36,199 nt of DNA from Patescibacteria group bacterium (GTDB lineage Bacteria; Patescibacteriota; Minisyncoccia; 2-02-FULL-40-12; GWA2-44-9): positions 1 through 36,199 of the forward strand of contig JBBTYS010000024.1 of assembly GCA_038078535.1 (NCBI GenBank), written 5' to 3'. Both the position numbers and the translations under genes were made by a program. The notes beneath the pieces are model-generated. The model had not been told where the DNA came from. It saw only the letters and a program-made list of their open reading frames with translations, and did not search any database. Below, piece after piece: positions 1-8,926 of the stretch (positions are counted from its first letter, which is position 1; each line of letters starts with the position of its first letter).

Positions 1-52
1 GAGCATCAGACTCATAATCTGAGGGTCGCTGGATCGTTCCCAGCAGGGCCCA
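1..52 (+). tRNA. tRNA-Met (anticodon CAT), 3' two-thirds only; the 5' part lies left of the window
   Basis: Anticodon stem tcaga(6-10)/tctga(18-22) around loop CTCATAA (CAT at 13-15). Then a 5-nt variable loop gggtc, T stem gctgg(28-32)/ccagc(40-44), acceptor 3' strand agggccc(45-51) and discriminator a52. No CCA is encoded. A CAT anticodon could also mean initiator or tRNA-Ile2 (lysidine). Confidence 0.75.
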
Positions 53-55
53 CTT
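11..55. repeat. attL core: 45-bp direct repeat covering the tRNA from the anticodon loop to 3 nt past its 3' end
   Basis: ctcataatctgagggtcgctggatcgttcccagcagggcccactt is identical at 11-55 and 36145-36189. The flanking bases differ on both sides (a10 vs c36144, g56 vs c36190). Confidence 0.9.
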
Positions 56-56
56 G

Positions 57-92
57 AAAACCCGATTTTGTAAAAGAAAAGTCGGGTTTTTT
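57..92 (+). terminator. Intrinsic terminator after the reconstituted tRNA
   Basis: Stem aaaacccga(57-65)/tcgggtttt(82-90) with a 16-nt loop, followed by more T residues. It lies on the element side of attL. Confidence 0.6.
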
Positions 93-167
93 GTTTTACT
101 TAGTGTCGATATTTAACGGTTTTTGTAACGTTTCGACACTAGCAGTGTAACACCTGTGTAACCCTGA

Positions 168-1304
168 ATGATCTCTATACGGCTCTACCAGAACAGAAGT
201 AAGATCAGAGCGGACGGCACCGCGCCCATCTATTACGTGCTGGCCAGTGGCAAAAAAAGGAAGTACATAAGCGCAAAGCGATACCTGAAGCCTGCACACT
301 TCGACAATGCTGCCGGGCTCGTATTGCGTGGCGCGGACAACAGCATAAAACTGAATGCCTACTTCAAAAGGCAAATGACCAGGCTCGATGACATCATCAT
401 TGACCTGGTGAATGACGGACAAGAGCCAACGTTTGAAAAGGTTGAAACGAAATACCACAACAATAACGGCAACGACTTTATAGCCTGGGCTTTCACTGAA
501 CTGCAAAATCAAAAAGGAATTATCCGCTACTCTACGTGGAAGCTGTACGAACACAAGCTGGGGGTACTGAAAAAATATAAATCCATAATACCGTTCAACA
601 CTATCGATCATTCATTCCTGACGACCTACAAACATCATGTGGTCATGCAGAAAAGAAAAGCCAATGGCTACTACCAGGACTTTGCTTGTATCAAAAAATT
701 CTATCGCATTGCTGTAATGAAAGGACTAGCCAAAGGAAACCCGTTTGAAAATTTCAGAATGAGCAAAGAGGAAACGGTGCGCGCCTGGCTTACAAAAGAT
801 GAATTATTGAAGCTGCATGATCTACTGAAAACTGAAAAGATCACAGAGGCAGAGAAAAATACATTGGTTCACTTTTTGTTCAGTTGCTTTAGTGGCCTGC
901 GCTTTGGCGACAAGATCACCTTTGATGCAAGCAACGTGGAAGATGGCCGGATAAAATTAAAAACATCCAAGACTAGCAAGCATGTGTTGATCCCATTTAA
1001 TGACCAGGCGCTGGATCTACTGCCAGATGTTCTCCATCGAAACCTAAAGCATAAAAACTCACGGGTGAATGCCGACCTGAAGGCATGTATGAATGCTGTG
1101 GAGATAAACAAGCACATCACCTATCATTGCAGCCGCCACACCTTTGCAATCAATTGCCTGTTGTTGGGTATTGATTTGATAACGGTACGCGATTGGCTAG
1201 GCCACAAGAGCGTGACCACTACGGAGATCTACGCGAAGATTGCCGCACAGTATTCGGATGTGAGCATGAAAAAGTTTGATGGGTTTTTTTTGGATAAAAC
1301 TTAA
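168..1304 (+). CDS. int: Tyrosine recombinase / phage integrase
   Basis: 378 aa, ATG start. C-terminal catalytic region HITYHCSRHTFA...LGHKSVTTTEIYA (HxxR ... catalytic Tyr) and GLRFGD (Arg box). It is the first gene inside attL. Confidence 0.95.
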   Translation: MISIRLYQNRSKIRADGTAPIYYVLASGKKRKYISAKRYLKPAHFDNAAGLVLRGADNSIKLNAYFKRQMTRLDDIIIDLVNDGQEPTFEKVETKYHNNNGNDFIAWAFTELQNQKGIIRYSTWKLYEHKLGVLKKYKSIIPFNTIDHSFLTTYKHHVVMQKRKANGYYQDFACIKKFYRIAVMKGLAKGNPFENFRMSKEETVRAWLTKDELLKLHDLLKTEKITEAEKNTLVHFLFSCFSGLRFGDKITFDASNVEDGRIKLKTSKTSKHVLIPFNDQALDLLPDVLHRNLKHKNSRVNADLKACMNAVEINKHITYHCSRHTFAINCLLLGIDLITVRDWLGHKSVTTTEIYAKIAAQYSDVSMKKFDGFFLDKT

Positions 1305-1426
1305 ATTAAATCAAAGCCAGGATTTGCCTGGTACTAGCATATCAACCGCACCTAGATCGTTCAACCTGGGGCAAACAGTGAAGTCAATTTTTTTATGGAC
1401 GCCCTGTTTTTAGGTTTTTAAACGAA

Positions 1427-1466
1427 AAAAAGGGGTTGAAGGCAACCAAACCCAATACCCCTTTTT
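1427..1466. terminator. Possible bidirectional terminator between the convergent int and 1503-1862 genes
   Basis: aaaaagggg(1427-1435) pairs with ccccttttt(1458-1466). The 22-nt loop contains a sub-hairpin ggttg/caacc. A/T runs lie on both sides. Confidence 0.3.
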
Positions 1467-1502
1467 CCATTCCTAAACACAATCCCCAAACAAAACAGAG
1501 GA

Positions 1503-1862
1503 TTATTTTTTATTGGCCACAGTAACACTTACGGCCTTTACAAACAACATAAACCCCAGCGCAATGGCAGACACAACCAGGCCGGTATCGTCTTCCTTCT
1601 TCTTATGCGGAATAATCTCCACCATTGGCTCAAGTATCACCGGATCAATGATGATCGTTTGCCTTGCTGGAAGGCTCTGCTTTTTAGAATAGCCGCTACT
1701 CTTTGTTTGCAACATTGGAACGCTTTGCTTTTTGGAGTAGCCAGATGGAACAAATGACTCAGGTATAAGTGAAGCTTTGGTATCGACTATTTCGGATTGT
1801 TCCTTTTCTTCTTTGCAGCTAGGGCAATCACAACCGCATGTTTTACTTTTATTGTTACACAT
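1503..1862 (-). CDS. Hypothetical membrane-anchored protein, Cys-rich N-terminus
   Basis: 119 aa, ATG start. N-terminal CGCDCPSC, a duplicated SGYSKKQS(V/L)P motif, and a C-terminal hydrophobic helix (GLVVSAIALGFMLFVKAVSV). Confidence 0.55.
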   Translation of the reverse strand: MCNNKSKTCGCDCPSCKEEKEQSEIVDTKASLIPESFVPSGYSKKQSVPMLQTKSSGYSKKQSLPARQTIIIDPVILEPMVEIIPHKKKEDDTGLVVSAIALGFMLFVKAVSVTVANKK

Positions 1863-1866
1863 AATT

Positions 1867-3495
1867 TTAAATGGTTTCGGGTTGAGTGACTACTTTTTTT
1901 ACTGTTGGTATTTCATGCACCACTTTTTTGCTGTTGATGAGATACACGGAGGGATCGTTGCCTCTGTTTTTCTCCATCACAGCATAGTTCTTTGTGTGTG
2001 TGAACTTATCTGGTCGGTTTGTGAAGATAACTACCGGGGCGTTGTAACCGGATGCTGACCCCCCTCTTGTTTTTCCATCCGCATTGCGCTGCATAAGTAT
2101 TACCCAAATGGTGTCTGGATATTCCGTGCGCAGGTCATCAAGCCATTCATTGCTAAATTGCCCCTTCACTTTCGTGGCGCTGTCCACAATTATCATATCA
2201 AAATGGGTGGCAATTTTTTGCAACCCTTCTTTCGATTTTGGAACATCGGGAGATACATACAACTTGGTCACGTTTTCGGGTTTCAGGTTTCGCTTTATGG
2301 ATGCAATGGTATCCTTGCTGTCTAACCCGCCTTGCTCCCAATCCACCAAGGCTACTTTCATGCCCATGTCAATGGCAACATCGGCAATTTGTTTGGCTAA
2401 TTCAGATTTGGAAGAGTGGTAGTCACCTTCAATCACAATTTGCGATCGGAAGCGCTGTTGCTCACCTAAAAACTTACCGATGGCCCCTCCAAAAGTAAAG
2501 GTACCTTCCGGTTTAGCTGGAGCCTGATCGGCTGTCATAAATCCAAATAGCTGTTCCACCTTACTCACTTTAGGCTTTTTTTTTTGATCCCCATTCACTC
2601 CGGCCAGATACTCCACTTTCATCTTAGGCCGTGGATTTTTAATGATGGCCACTACCTTGCTTTTAAAGGTGCTGTCAAGGGTTACTTTCAACTCTGAGGC
2701 TGCATTCTTTTTCGCTGCCTGTATTGCGCCCGAAAGCCTTGCATGAATGTCATTCAATAGAGGCTTACGGTCCGGGGAGCTGCGCAATACTTTAGCCAGG
2801 TCGCGCTGAAACATTTCCAGCGATAGAGCCGACTTGGTTTTACCATCCATGTTGGTGTAACGTTTCATCATCTGCAATTCTTTGCTGAAACGCTTTACGG
2901 TTACAGGAAATTTAACGTCACTTTTTACAACTGCTTTTGGCTTTGCAATCTTGACAGTTTTCTTTACTGCTTTCTTTACTTTTTTGGAGGAAGAAACTCG
3001 TGGCCTTGGTCTTTTACTTTCGCGCTTTGACTTTGGTTTCTTCGCCACTATGATCCGGTAGTTTATAATTGGATATTCAGGTTCACCAGAATTTGTCACT
3101 GCATAAATTTCTCTCTTGCCTTTTCCAAGTGAAATATCAACGTAAACCTTACCCTGTTCACTTTTATAAATTGGCCTATCCCAATTATCTTTTTTTCCGG
3201 TTTCAGTTAGTAAAATTGGCTTCACTTTTTTCTTCTGCACAGGCTTGGACTTCGGCTCAACCTTCATCACTGCCTTTGGCTCGGCTTTTTCTCTGGCCAG
3301 GCTCTCCAGCGACTTCACGTGCAGCTCGTAGGCTTCCCTAATATCAGCATCGGCAAGCATTTCATTCCATAGGTTTGGATCGGTGAAGTTGCTGCTTCCC
3401 TCTTTCACAATGTTGTACGTGTCTTTATTAGCTTCATCAAGTTTTGATAAGCCGACCTTTTCAATCAGGTTCTGGTAAGTGGTTAGGGTTGTCAT
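1867..3495 (-). CDS. Very basic protein with a C-terminal RecA/DnaB/KaiC-like ATPase domain (function unassigned)
   Basis: 542 aa, with a Lys-rich N-terminal two-thirds. The C-terminus has IVIEGDYHSSKSELA (Walker-A-like, second Gly replaced by Ser), FDMIIVDS (Walker B) and VILMQRNADGKTRGGS...APVVIF. Confidence 0.6.
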   Translation of the reverse strand: MTTLTTYQNLIEKVGLSKLDEANKDTYNIVKEGSSNFTDPNLWNEMLADADIREAYELHVKSLESLAREKAEPKAVMKVEPKSKPVQKKKVKPILLTETGKKDNWDRPIYKSEQGKVYVDISLGKGKREIYAVTNSGEPEYPIINYRIIVAKKPKSKRESKRPRPRVSSSKKVKKAVKKTVKIAKPKAVVKSDVKFPVTVKRFSKELQMMKRYTNMDGKTKSALSLEMFQRDLAKVLRSSPDRKPLLNDIHARLSGAIQAAKKNAASELKVTLDSTFKSKVVAIIKNPRPKMKVEYLAGVNGDQKKKPKVSKVEQLFGFMTADQAPAKPEGTFTFGGAIGKFLGEQQRFRSQIVIEGDYHSSKSELAKQIADVAIDMGMKVALVDWEQGGLDSKDTIASIKRNLKPENVTKLYVSPDVPKSKEGLQKIATHFDMIIVDSATKVKGQFSNEWLDDLRTEYPDTIWVILMQRNADGKTRGGSASGYNAPVVIFTNRPDKFTHTKNYAVMEKNRGNDPSVYLINSKKVVHEIPTVKKVVTQPETI

Positions 3496-3496
3496 A

Positions 3497-5263
3497 TTAC
3501 GCTGCTAGTTTGAGTTTAACTTTTACTGCTCTTGCTTTCAATGCCAGGCGTAGCCGTAGCACGTTTGCTTTATTGACCTCACCAGGAGATGGGGCTAGAT
3601 TGGGTTTCACAATTAAAACCCTGTCGTTGATTAATTTCGATTCGGTAAGGCGCTCTTCAATTTCCTTTGCTACTGCTTTAATCACGTTGTCACTTACTTG
3701 CTCCGTGCCCTTATCTGTGCCCACTTCATCTATGATCATATCCAGTTGATAGGCTTGAAGTTCTACACTGGCGTTGTGATTGCGTTGCAATATCTCCACA
3801 ACCTTTTTCAATTTACCGGCCATGAATGCGGCCACCATGTAGTTGCTGGTCTTGTCGAAGCGACCATCGTCCATGAGCTTGAAATTATCATTGGTCTTGG
3901 CAATGATTGCCCCGCCATCAGTGCTAATGCTTTTGCCGTTGGCCAGGCTGGCAATTACTTTCACGGCTTTGCTAATGGGTACTTTGATCATGTTCTCCGA
4001 GCTTACCTCGGGTGGCTCCCAGCCATCTGGCATGAGGCGACCTTTCAACGTCTTACCATCGCTGGTTGTGTAGCTGATCAACCGGCCTTTATTAAAATCG
4101 TCATTGCCATAACTTTGCAATAGGTTGCCCGATACAATGTAGGCCGTGCCACGGTCTTTCGTGGTGGATTTGATGGCTGCTTGCCATTCGTTTTTGAGTT
4201 GATCAAACGTAGGTTGCGATAGGTTTGAACTTACGCCCATGATGGCGTTAATATCTTTTACTTTTGAAAGGTTGATGTCGATACGCTTCTTACCTGAAGC
4301 TATAGCTACTTGCAACTTCATGTTGCTGGGCAAAAATGGTTTATCGTTATTCAAATCAACCTTAACACCAAGGCACACTGCTATGCTCTTTGCGCTACTG
4401 GCATTCTCCATGTCGAGCAGATAAAACACTTTGCGGCCTACGGTGAAAAAGTTGATTATATCCGTCATGGCCTGTTGGCGATTGTTTTGCTTCTCAATCT
4501 CTTTGGCTTTCTTTTCTGCTTTGGCTTGTAATAAAAGCTGCTCGCGTTCCGATTTGAATTGGTTGCGCTCAGCTTCTGTCTTTAAGGTTACGATGGCTTT
4601 TTCTTTGTCAAGGTTTTTTATCTTCAGGGCGTAGTCCTCTTCAATCTCCCGGCCAATACGTTTCAGTGTTTCGGTCGTGCTAAACTCATATCTGTTTACC
4701 AATATGTCGCGCAGCTCCCGGGGGTCTTTTCCTTCCAGGGCTTGCACGTACAGGTTTTCCAGTTCGGTAACACTGTATGGTTTCTTCAGTATGTTCACCT
4801 CGCACTTTTCAATGTAGGTGTTATCGCCAAAGGCACTCTGTCCACCCTTGCCAACTATTTTGATGGATTTGTCGATGGAGGTTGCTTTCAAATCCAACAC
4901 ATCTACTTCCAGATCGTATTCGTCAATCTGTTTTAGGTATTCTATTTCCTCTTTGTAAAGTTTAAGGACAGTTGTGTAAAACTTTTCCTGCATGGCAGTT
5001 GGCAATACAGCCACGCGGCCAGAGACACGGTGCGCGGCATCTTCCATTACCACAGCGTTTCCGCTATCTGCGGATGAATCTTTTAGTTTCAAAGGATCGT
5101 CTAGCAGGTCGTTGATCTCAGGGTTATCTTTTAAATAACTTGTCACTACGCGATCACCGTATTTGTTCAGGAAGTCATCTACCGATAACACGGCCTCACT
5201 TTGCTTTTGGTTTGAAGTGGTGTTGGCATCGAGGCTCTTTAGTTTCTTTTGCAACATCATCAT
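3497..5263 (-). CDS. Large hypothetical protein (coiled-coil centre); possibly a polyvalent-protein-type domain
   Basis: 588 aa from the ATG at 5263; the ATG run overlaps the upstream stop as TGATGATGATG. No catalytic motif was recognised. The central segment is KAEKKAKEIEKQNNRQQ. Confidence 0.6.
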   Translation of the reverse strand: MMMLQKKLKSLDANTTSNQKQSEAVLSVDDFLNKYGDRVVTSYLKDNPEINDLLDDPLKLKDSSADSGNAVVMEDAAHRVSGRVAVLPTAMQEKFYTTVLKLYKEEIEYLKQIDEYDLEVDVLDLKATSIDKSIKIVGKGGQSAFGDNTYIEKCEVNILKKPYSVTELENLYVQALEGKDPRELRDILVNRYEFSTTETLKRIGREIEEDYALKIKNLDKEKAIVTLKTEAERNQFKSEREQLLLQAKAEKKAKEIEKQNNRQQAMTDIINFFTVGRKVFYLLDMENASSAKSIAVCLGVKVDLNNDKPFLPSNMKLQVAIASGKKRIDINLSKVKDINAIMGVSSNLSQPTFDQLKNEWQAAIKSTTKDRGTAYIVSGNLLQSYGNDDFNKGRLISYTTSDGKTLKGRLMPDGWEPPEVSSENMIKVPISKAVKVIASLANGKSISTDGGAIIAKTNDNFKLMDDGRFDKTSNYMVAAFMAGKLKKVVEILQRNHNASVELQAYQLDMIIDEVGTDKGTEQVSDNVIKAVAKEIEERLTESKLINDRVLIVKPNLAPSPGEVNKANVLRLRLALKARAVKVKLKLAA

Positions 5264-6123
5264 CAAACGCTTTTCGGCAGGGATGGCAGAGAAAACATAA
5301 TCGTAGATAGGCTTGTAGATTTGCCCGGTGCGTGGCCATCAATTAAAATGGTATCTACCACGTTGTAATGTTTGTGCAGGTAGTTGAAAAAAATCCGGTT
5401 CTTTCCGGCTGTTACGCGGCCTTGCTCGTCCCAGGTGGTGTGCCCTCCAATGATGATGGCTGCGCTGCCATCGTTGGCCATGCAATCCAACGCACGGATG
5501 GCCATTACGTGATCGAGGTCGCGAATACCATAGCCGTCTATTTCCTCTGGATCTGAGAGCCTTCCAAATGGCGGGTTGGTGATCACTGCCGCAAAACTTT
5601 CATCGCTATACACGGCCCTGGTTGCATCCTTGGCCGTGACTTTAGCAAAGCCCTGCACGGATAAATTCTCGCGCCTTACAGGGTCTATTTCATTTACATA
5701 AAAGTCTTCCGGGTTGGCGGCAATAGTAAGCAATCCATTGCCTGCACTTGGCTCTAAATACTTGCCCGGCTTATCCACACCGCAGAAAATTCCCATCAAA
5801 TAACCGATGGGTGCGGGGGTGCTGTACTGTTGCAACAAAACCGACTGACTAGTACGGTGACTTAAGTTCACCTGCCCTTTGTATAGCTCAACAATACTGG
5901 CAAATTTCTCTGCGATTGTCTTACCTGGTTCATGCGCCAGCTTGCGGGCTTGCTGTACGATAGCCAGTTCGGTTAGTTCTTTTACAAGGTTGCGATCTGT
6001 GATGCCGAAGGACTTAGCTAATTTTTCAAGGGTGAGTTTGTTCGGCCTCACCCTTCCCTCTCCCACGGAGAGGGAAGAATGCAGTAAGGATTCAACGGCC
6101 TTAACATATCCTTCCTTGTTCAT
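5263..6123 (-). CDS. N6-adenine DNA methyltransferase (gamma-class order)
   Basis: 286 aa. The AdoMet motif YLEPSAGNGLL comes before the catalytic motif VITNPPFG. No restriction partner is visible nearby. Confidence 0.8.
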   Translation of the reverse strand: MNKEGYVKAVESLLHSSLSVGEGRVRPNKLTLEKLAKSFGITDRNLVKELTELAIVQQARKLAHEPGKTIAEKFASIVELYKGQVNLSHRTSQSVLLQQYSTPAPIGYLMGIFCGVDKPGKYLEPSAGNGLLTIAANPEDFYVNEIDPVRRENLSVQGFAKVTAKDATRAVYSDESFAAVITNPPFGRLSDPEEIDGYGIRDLDHVMAIRALDCMANDGSAAIIIGGHTTWDEQGRVTAGKNRIFFNYLHKHYNVVDTILIDGHAPGKSTSLSTIMFSLPSLPKSV

Positions 6124-6464
6124 TTCTTAATCACTTTATCAATTTGAACCAGTTCGAGATTGCGAGCATTACATAGCTTAATAAATTCTTTCGCCTGGTC
6201 GAGCTTCCAGATGGCCGCTCCTATTAATCCTTTCTTTGGGCGATACTCCTGCTCTTCTGCGTTGCGTTCGCCTTCATAGTGGATATACACATCTTCGCGT
6301 TCCTTCACCAAGAAGTAGCTAAGAAAAGTATCTGACAACCGTTGCCAGAAATTGCGCGTTGACTTTAAGCGGATGAAATAAGCATCGTGACCTAGCTCAT
6401 GAACGGTTTTCTTTCGTGGCCGGTGAGCGTACATAGCCCTGAGATTGTCGGTATGTTTTCCCAT
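6120..6464 (-). CDS. Small protein with a zincin-type HExxH motif (putative metallopeptidase-like domain)
   Basis: 114 aa from the ATG at 6464 (an in-frame GTG at 6467 is possible). Motif TVHELGHDAY. The stop overlaps the methylase start (ATGA). Confidence 0.45.
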   Translation of the reverse strand: MGKHTDNLRAMYAHRPRKKTVHELGHDAYFIRLKSTRNFWQRLSDTFLSYFLVKEREDVYIHYEGERNAEEQEYRPKKGLIGAAIWKLDQAKEFIKLCNARNLELVQIDKVIKK

Positions 6465-7081
6465 CACCGTTTCTTTATTTGGATCAGTTCTGAACCTGTT
6501 ATTTTCACCAAATGGTTAGGCGTGGTGAATTCATTGAAGTATTTCTTGGCTCCGATGCGTAAGCCCATAATTTTTTTACGTTGCCAATACACTGCACCGT
6601 AAAGTGGCACTGTGGCCGTACCCATGATAACGGTGGAGTCTCTCAACACAAGCCCTTGCAAGGTGTTGTACTTATCGCGATAGCTCCATGCTTTGGCGGC
6701 CACACTGTCTTTATGAAAAACAACCAGTGTATCTTTAAGAGGCAGCGAAGTGAATACCGATAATTTAGCCTGTACCTGCACGGCCTGTTCTAAATTTTTA
6801 AGGTTCTTTTTTACGCCTTCAATTTCTGTGAGGAAACTTAAATGACTGGTAGTGGCCAGCTTGCGGGCATCGTTAAGGTTGAGTGTAAGAATTTCACTTT
6901 TAGCAACTTCATGCCCCCACTGATTCTTATAAATAACAGAAGTTAAGCTATCCTTTTTTGCAATTTGTAAAACCTGTGAGTGGCGTTCTCTCCAGCTTCT
7001 AAGGCTTTTATATTGCAACCCCACAGTGCCAATCAAGACAACGATCACAACTGAAAGGATGATGTAGATTCTTAGTTTCAT
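6464..7081 (-). CDS. N-terminally membrane-anchored protein (spanin-like position in the lysis cluster)
   Basis: 205 aa. N-terminal helix IYIILSVVIVVLIGTVGL followed by a soluble domain. It lies directly downstream of the holin-like and GH108 genes. Confidence 0.4.
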   Translation of the reverse strand: MKLRIYIILSVVIVVLIGTVGLQYKSLRSWRERHSQVLQIAKKDSLTSVIYKNQWGHEVAKSEILTLNLNDARKLATTSHLSFLTEIEGVKKNLKNLEQAVQVQAKLSVFTSLPLKDTLVVFHKDSVAAKAWSYRDKYNTLQGLVLRDSTVIMGTATVPLYGAVYWQRKKIMGLRIGAKKYFNEFTTPNHLVKITGSELIQIKKR

Positions 7082-7085
7082 TTTT

Positions 7086-7304
7086 TTATTTCGATATGAT
7101 TATTAAACCCCAGCCGATGAGCGTTACAAGAACAGCCACAGCGGCAATTATTGCGGAGCGCCATTTTTCTAAACTCGATACCCTGCCATTGGTTGCGGTG
7201 GTTTGGAGAAGAATAGCGTCTAGCTTTTCATCCTGCGCCTTTTGTCGTTCATCTATACGTACCAATAGTTCCATATCGATTTCTGCATTTACCTTCTTTG
7301 CCAT
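7086..7304 (-). CDS. Small membrane protein, holin-like candidate
   Basis: 72 aa with a charged N-terminal helix and a single C-terminal TM helix (AIIAAVAVLVTLIGWGLIII). TAATG overlap with the GH108 gene. Confidence 0.4.
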   Translation of the reverse strand: MAKKVNAEIDMELLVRIDERQKAQDEKLDAILLQTTATNGRVSSLEKWRSAIIAAVAVLVTLIGWGLIIISK

Positions 7305-8020
7305 TAAGTCGTTGTTTTTAAGTCGGCTTCTTTTGGTTTTTTATCGCCCCTGGTAGTGAGGTACAGCAGCAGCAGTGCCGCACCTATGCCCAGGCCAATG
7401 CCAATCGTTCCTTTGTTTTCGGTTACTACTTGCACGGTCTTTTCTTTGGCGGCTGTTACAAGCTCTTTGGCGGCTTCGTACACGCCACGAAATTTTTCAA
7501 GTCGTGCCATCCATCCCGCCCTGAACGCTTCCTGCGATGGGTTTTGCGCAATCAGTTTTTCAAGAAAATATTTTCGCTCCTCCAGCAAGGCATTGTGCAA
7601 CTTCATTGGATTGGCTTTGTTGATGTTGGCCAGTGTGTCGGCTCCCAGCTTGCCATCATCTGAAATTTTCAAAACCCGTTGTATTCCTTTAATAGCGTTG
7701 GCCCCGCTATGCACTTGAAAATCATACAGTAAGTTGGCCACTTCCTGATTATCAATCTTACCAATGTTGGTGGTGTTCCACCTTGCCAGATAAAATTTTT
7801 CTACTGCATATTGTATGGCCGGAAACTTGGTGTTGTTTTTTATGGCTACGCCTTTCAATTTCTTTTTTTCAAAATCAATCAATGTCCAGCCTTCCCAATC
7901 TTTATTGAAGTTGCGGGCAATGCCTGCATAGGTTTCACCCCCTTTGTCGGCAGGGGCATTGGCGTATCCGCCTTCATTAGGCAGGATGTAATTTTTATAC
8001 GCTGTTTCGAAGTTGGCCAT
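7304..8020 (-). CDS. GH108-family lysozyme with a PG_binding_3-like region and a C-terminal TM helix
   Basis: 238 aa. The N-terminus ILPNEGGYANAPADKGGETYAGI matches the GH108 EGGY..D.GG.T..GI signature. The C-terminus has GIGLGIGAALLLLYL. Confidence 0.8.
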   Translation of the reverse strand: MANFETAYKNYILPNEGGYANAPADKGGETYAGIARNFNKDWEGWTLIDFEKKKLKGVAIKNNTKFPAIQYAVEKFYLARWNTTNIGKIDNQEVANLLYDFQVHSGANAIKGIQRVLKISDDGKLGADTLANINKANPMKLHNALLEERKYFLEKLIAQNPSQEAFRAGWMARLEKFRGVYEAAKELVTAAKEKTVQVVTENKGTIGIGLGIGAALLLLYLTTRGDKKPKEADLKTTT

Positions 8021-8027
8021 ATTAAAA

Positions 8028-8684
8028 TTATTTGAATGCCAGTTTTTTAAGTTGTCCGGCAGGGGTAAGGTCTTCTATTTTAGAATCTCCTTTGATGTAG
8101 TTTTTATACACGTAGGCTACTACCAGCAAGCCTGTTACACCAAGGCCAACGGGCACGATGTACTTTGCTAGGCCGGCCACATTGCTCACGGTGTCTACTC
8201 CGCCTTTCACGGCACCCGCTGCGCTCTCACCAACTTTACCAGCGGTGTCCAGCACATTTACCAAAGAAGTAGAAGCATTGTCGGCAATCTTAGATACTTT
8301 TTCCACACCTGCATTGGCTGTGCGGTGGGTAAGGTTAAAAATGGAAAAAAGCCCAACCGTATTGAAGTATCCGAAGAACTCGCTACCAAATCCACATCTG
8401 GTTAATAGCGTACTTGCATTTCTGTCCCAATGGCCTTTGAATACTTCATTGGCTTTGATAGTAGCTGCTTCTGGTGCAAGTTTTACTTTGCTTGCAAACC
8501 TGCCTTCGGTAAACCACTTTACTAAGCCCTTGTGAAACACCAACCAATCGGCACACGTCCAGGTCACCGCTGTTTTGGTAGTAAGCGAAGTATTAGGCTG
8601 TGCAATCTTGTTAGTTTTCAAATCGAAAATAACAGGAGGTTGCGTGGGTTCGCCTAAAGTCCGTTTTGATAGTTCCAGTATCAT
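8028..8684 (-). CDS. Hypothetical protein with a C-terminal TM helix
   Basis: 218 aa, ATG start, ATGA coupling to the upstream gene. C-terminal helix IVPVGLGVTGLLVVAYV. Confidence 0.55.
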   Translation of the reverse strand: MILELSKRTLGEPTQPPVIFDLKTNKIAQPNTSLTTKTAVTWTCADWLVFHKGLVKWFTEGRFASKVKLAPEAATIKANEVFKGHWDRNASTLLTRCGFGSEFFGYFNTVGLFSIFNLTHRTANAGVEKVSKIADNASTSLVNVLDTAGKVGESAAGAVKGGVDTVSNVAGLAKYIVPVGLGVTGLLVVAYVYKNYIKGDSKIEDLTPAGQLKKLAFK

Positions 8685-8926
8685 AATGATTTTATGGCTT
8701 TCGCCTTTTTAAATTCTTTTACCTGCTCAGGCAAGTCAATCACTTGCGTGGAACGTTTCCACACGCCACGGGCAAAGCGGTATGACCCATTGCCATTTAC
8801 TGAAACATCGGAAAACCCGAGTTCTATCAACTTAATGGCCACGTCATTGTTTGACCCTAATAGCTGAAGGCCACTTAATTTGAAGGTGCCTTCGTATTGC
8901 TGCCCTTGTATAAGTTCTGCTTTCAT
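8681..8926 (-). CDS. Hypothetical protein
   Basis: 81 aa, with ATGA overlaps on both sides. Confidence 0.5.
   Translation of the reverse strand: MKAELIQGQQYEGTFKLSGLQLLGSNNDVAIKLIELGFSDVSVNGNGSYRFARGVWKRSTQVIDLPEQVKEFKKAKAIKSL

Noticed and set aside
96-611. A 171-aa minus-strand ORF antisense to the integrase, plus the many plus-strand ORFs nested inside minus-strand genes (for example 19590-21143, 13260-13814, 28327-29316)
   Set aside because: They lie opposite long, motif-supported or tightly coupled genes and have low-complexity or odd composition. They are typical shadow ORFs.
5290-5320. GHAPGKST near the methylase C-terminus, which looks like a P-loop
   Set aside because: The spacing is GxxxGKST, not GxxxxGK(S/T), and there is no downstream Walker B. 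It is probably fortuitous.
5263-5350. The frame of the 588-aa ORF stays open for about 27 codons upstream of its ATG, in the -1 frame of the methylase. This hints at a frameshift fusion (methylase plus large domain as one polyvalent protein).
   Set aside because: I found no X XXY YYZ slippery heptamer in the overlap, and a clean TGATGATGATG stop/start junction exists. Fusion remains possible in relatives but is not supported here.
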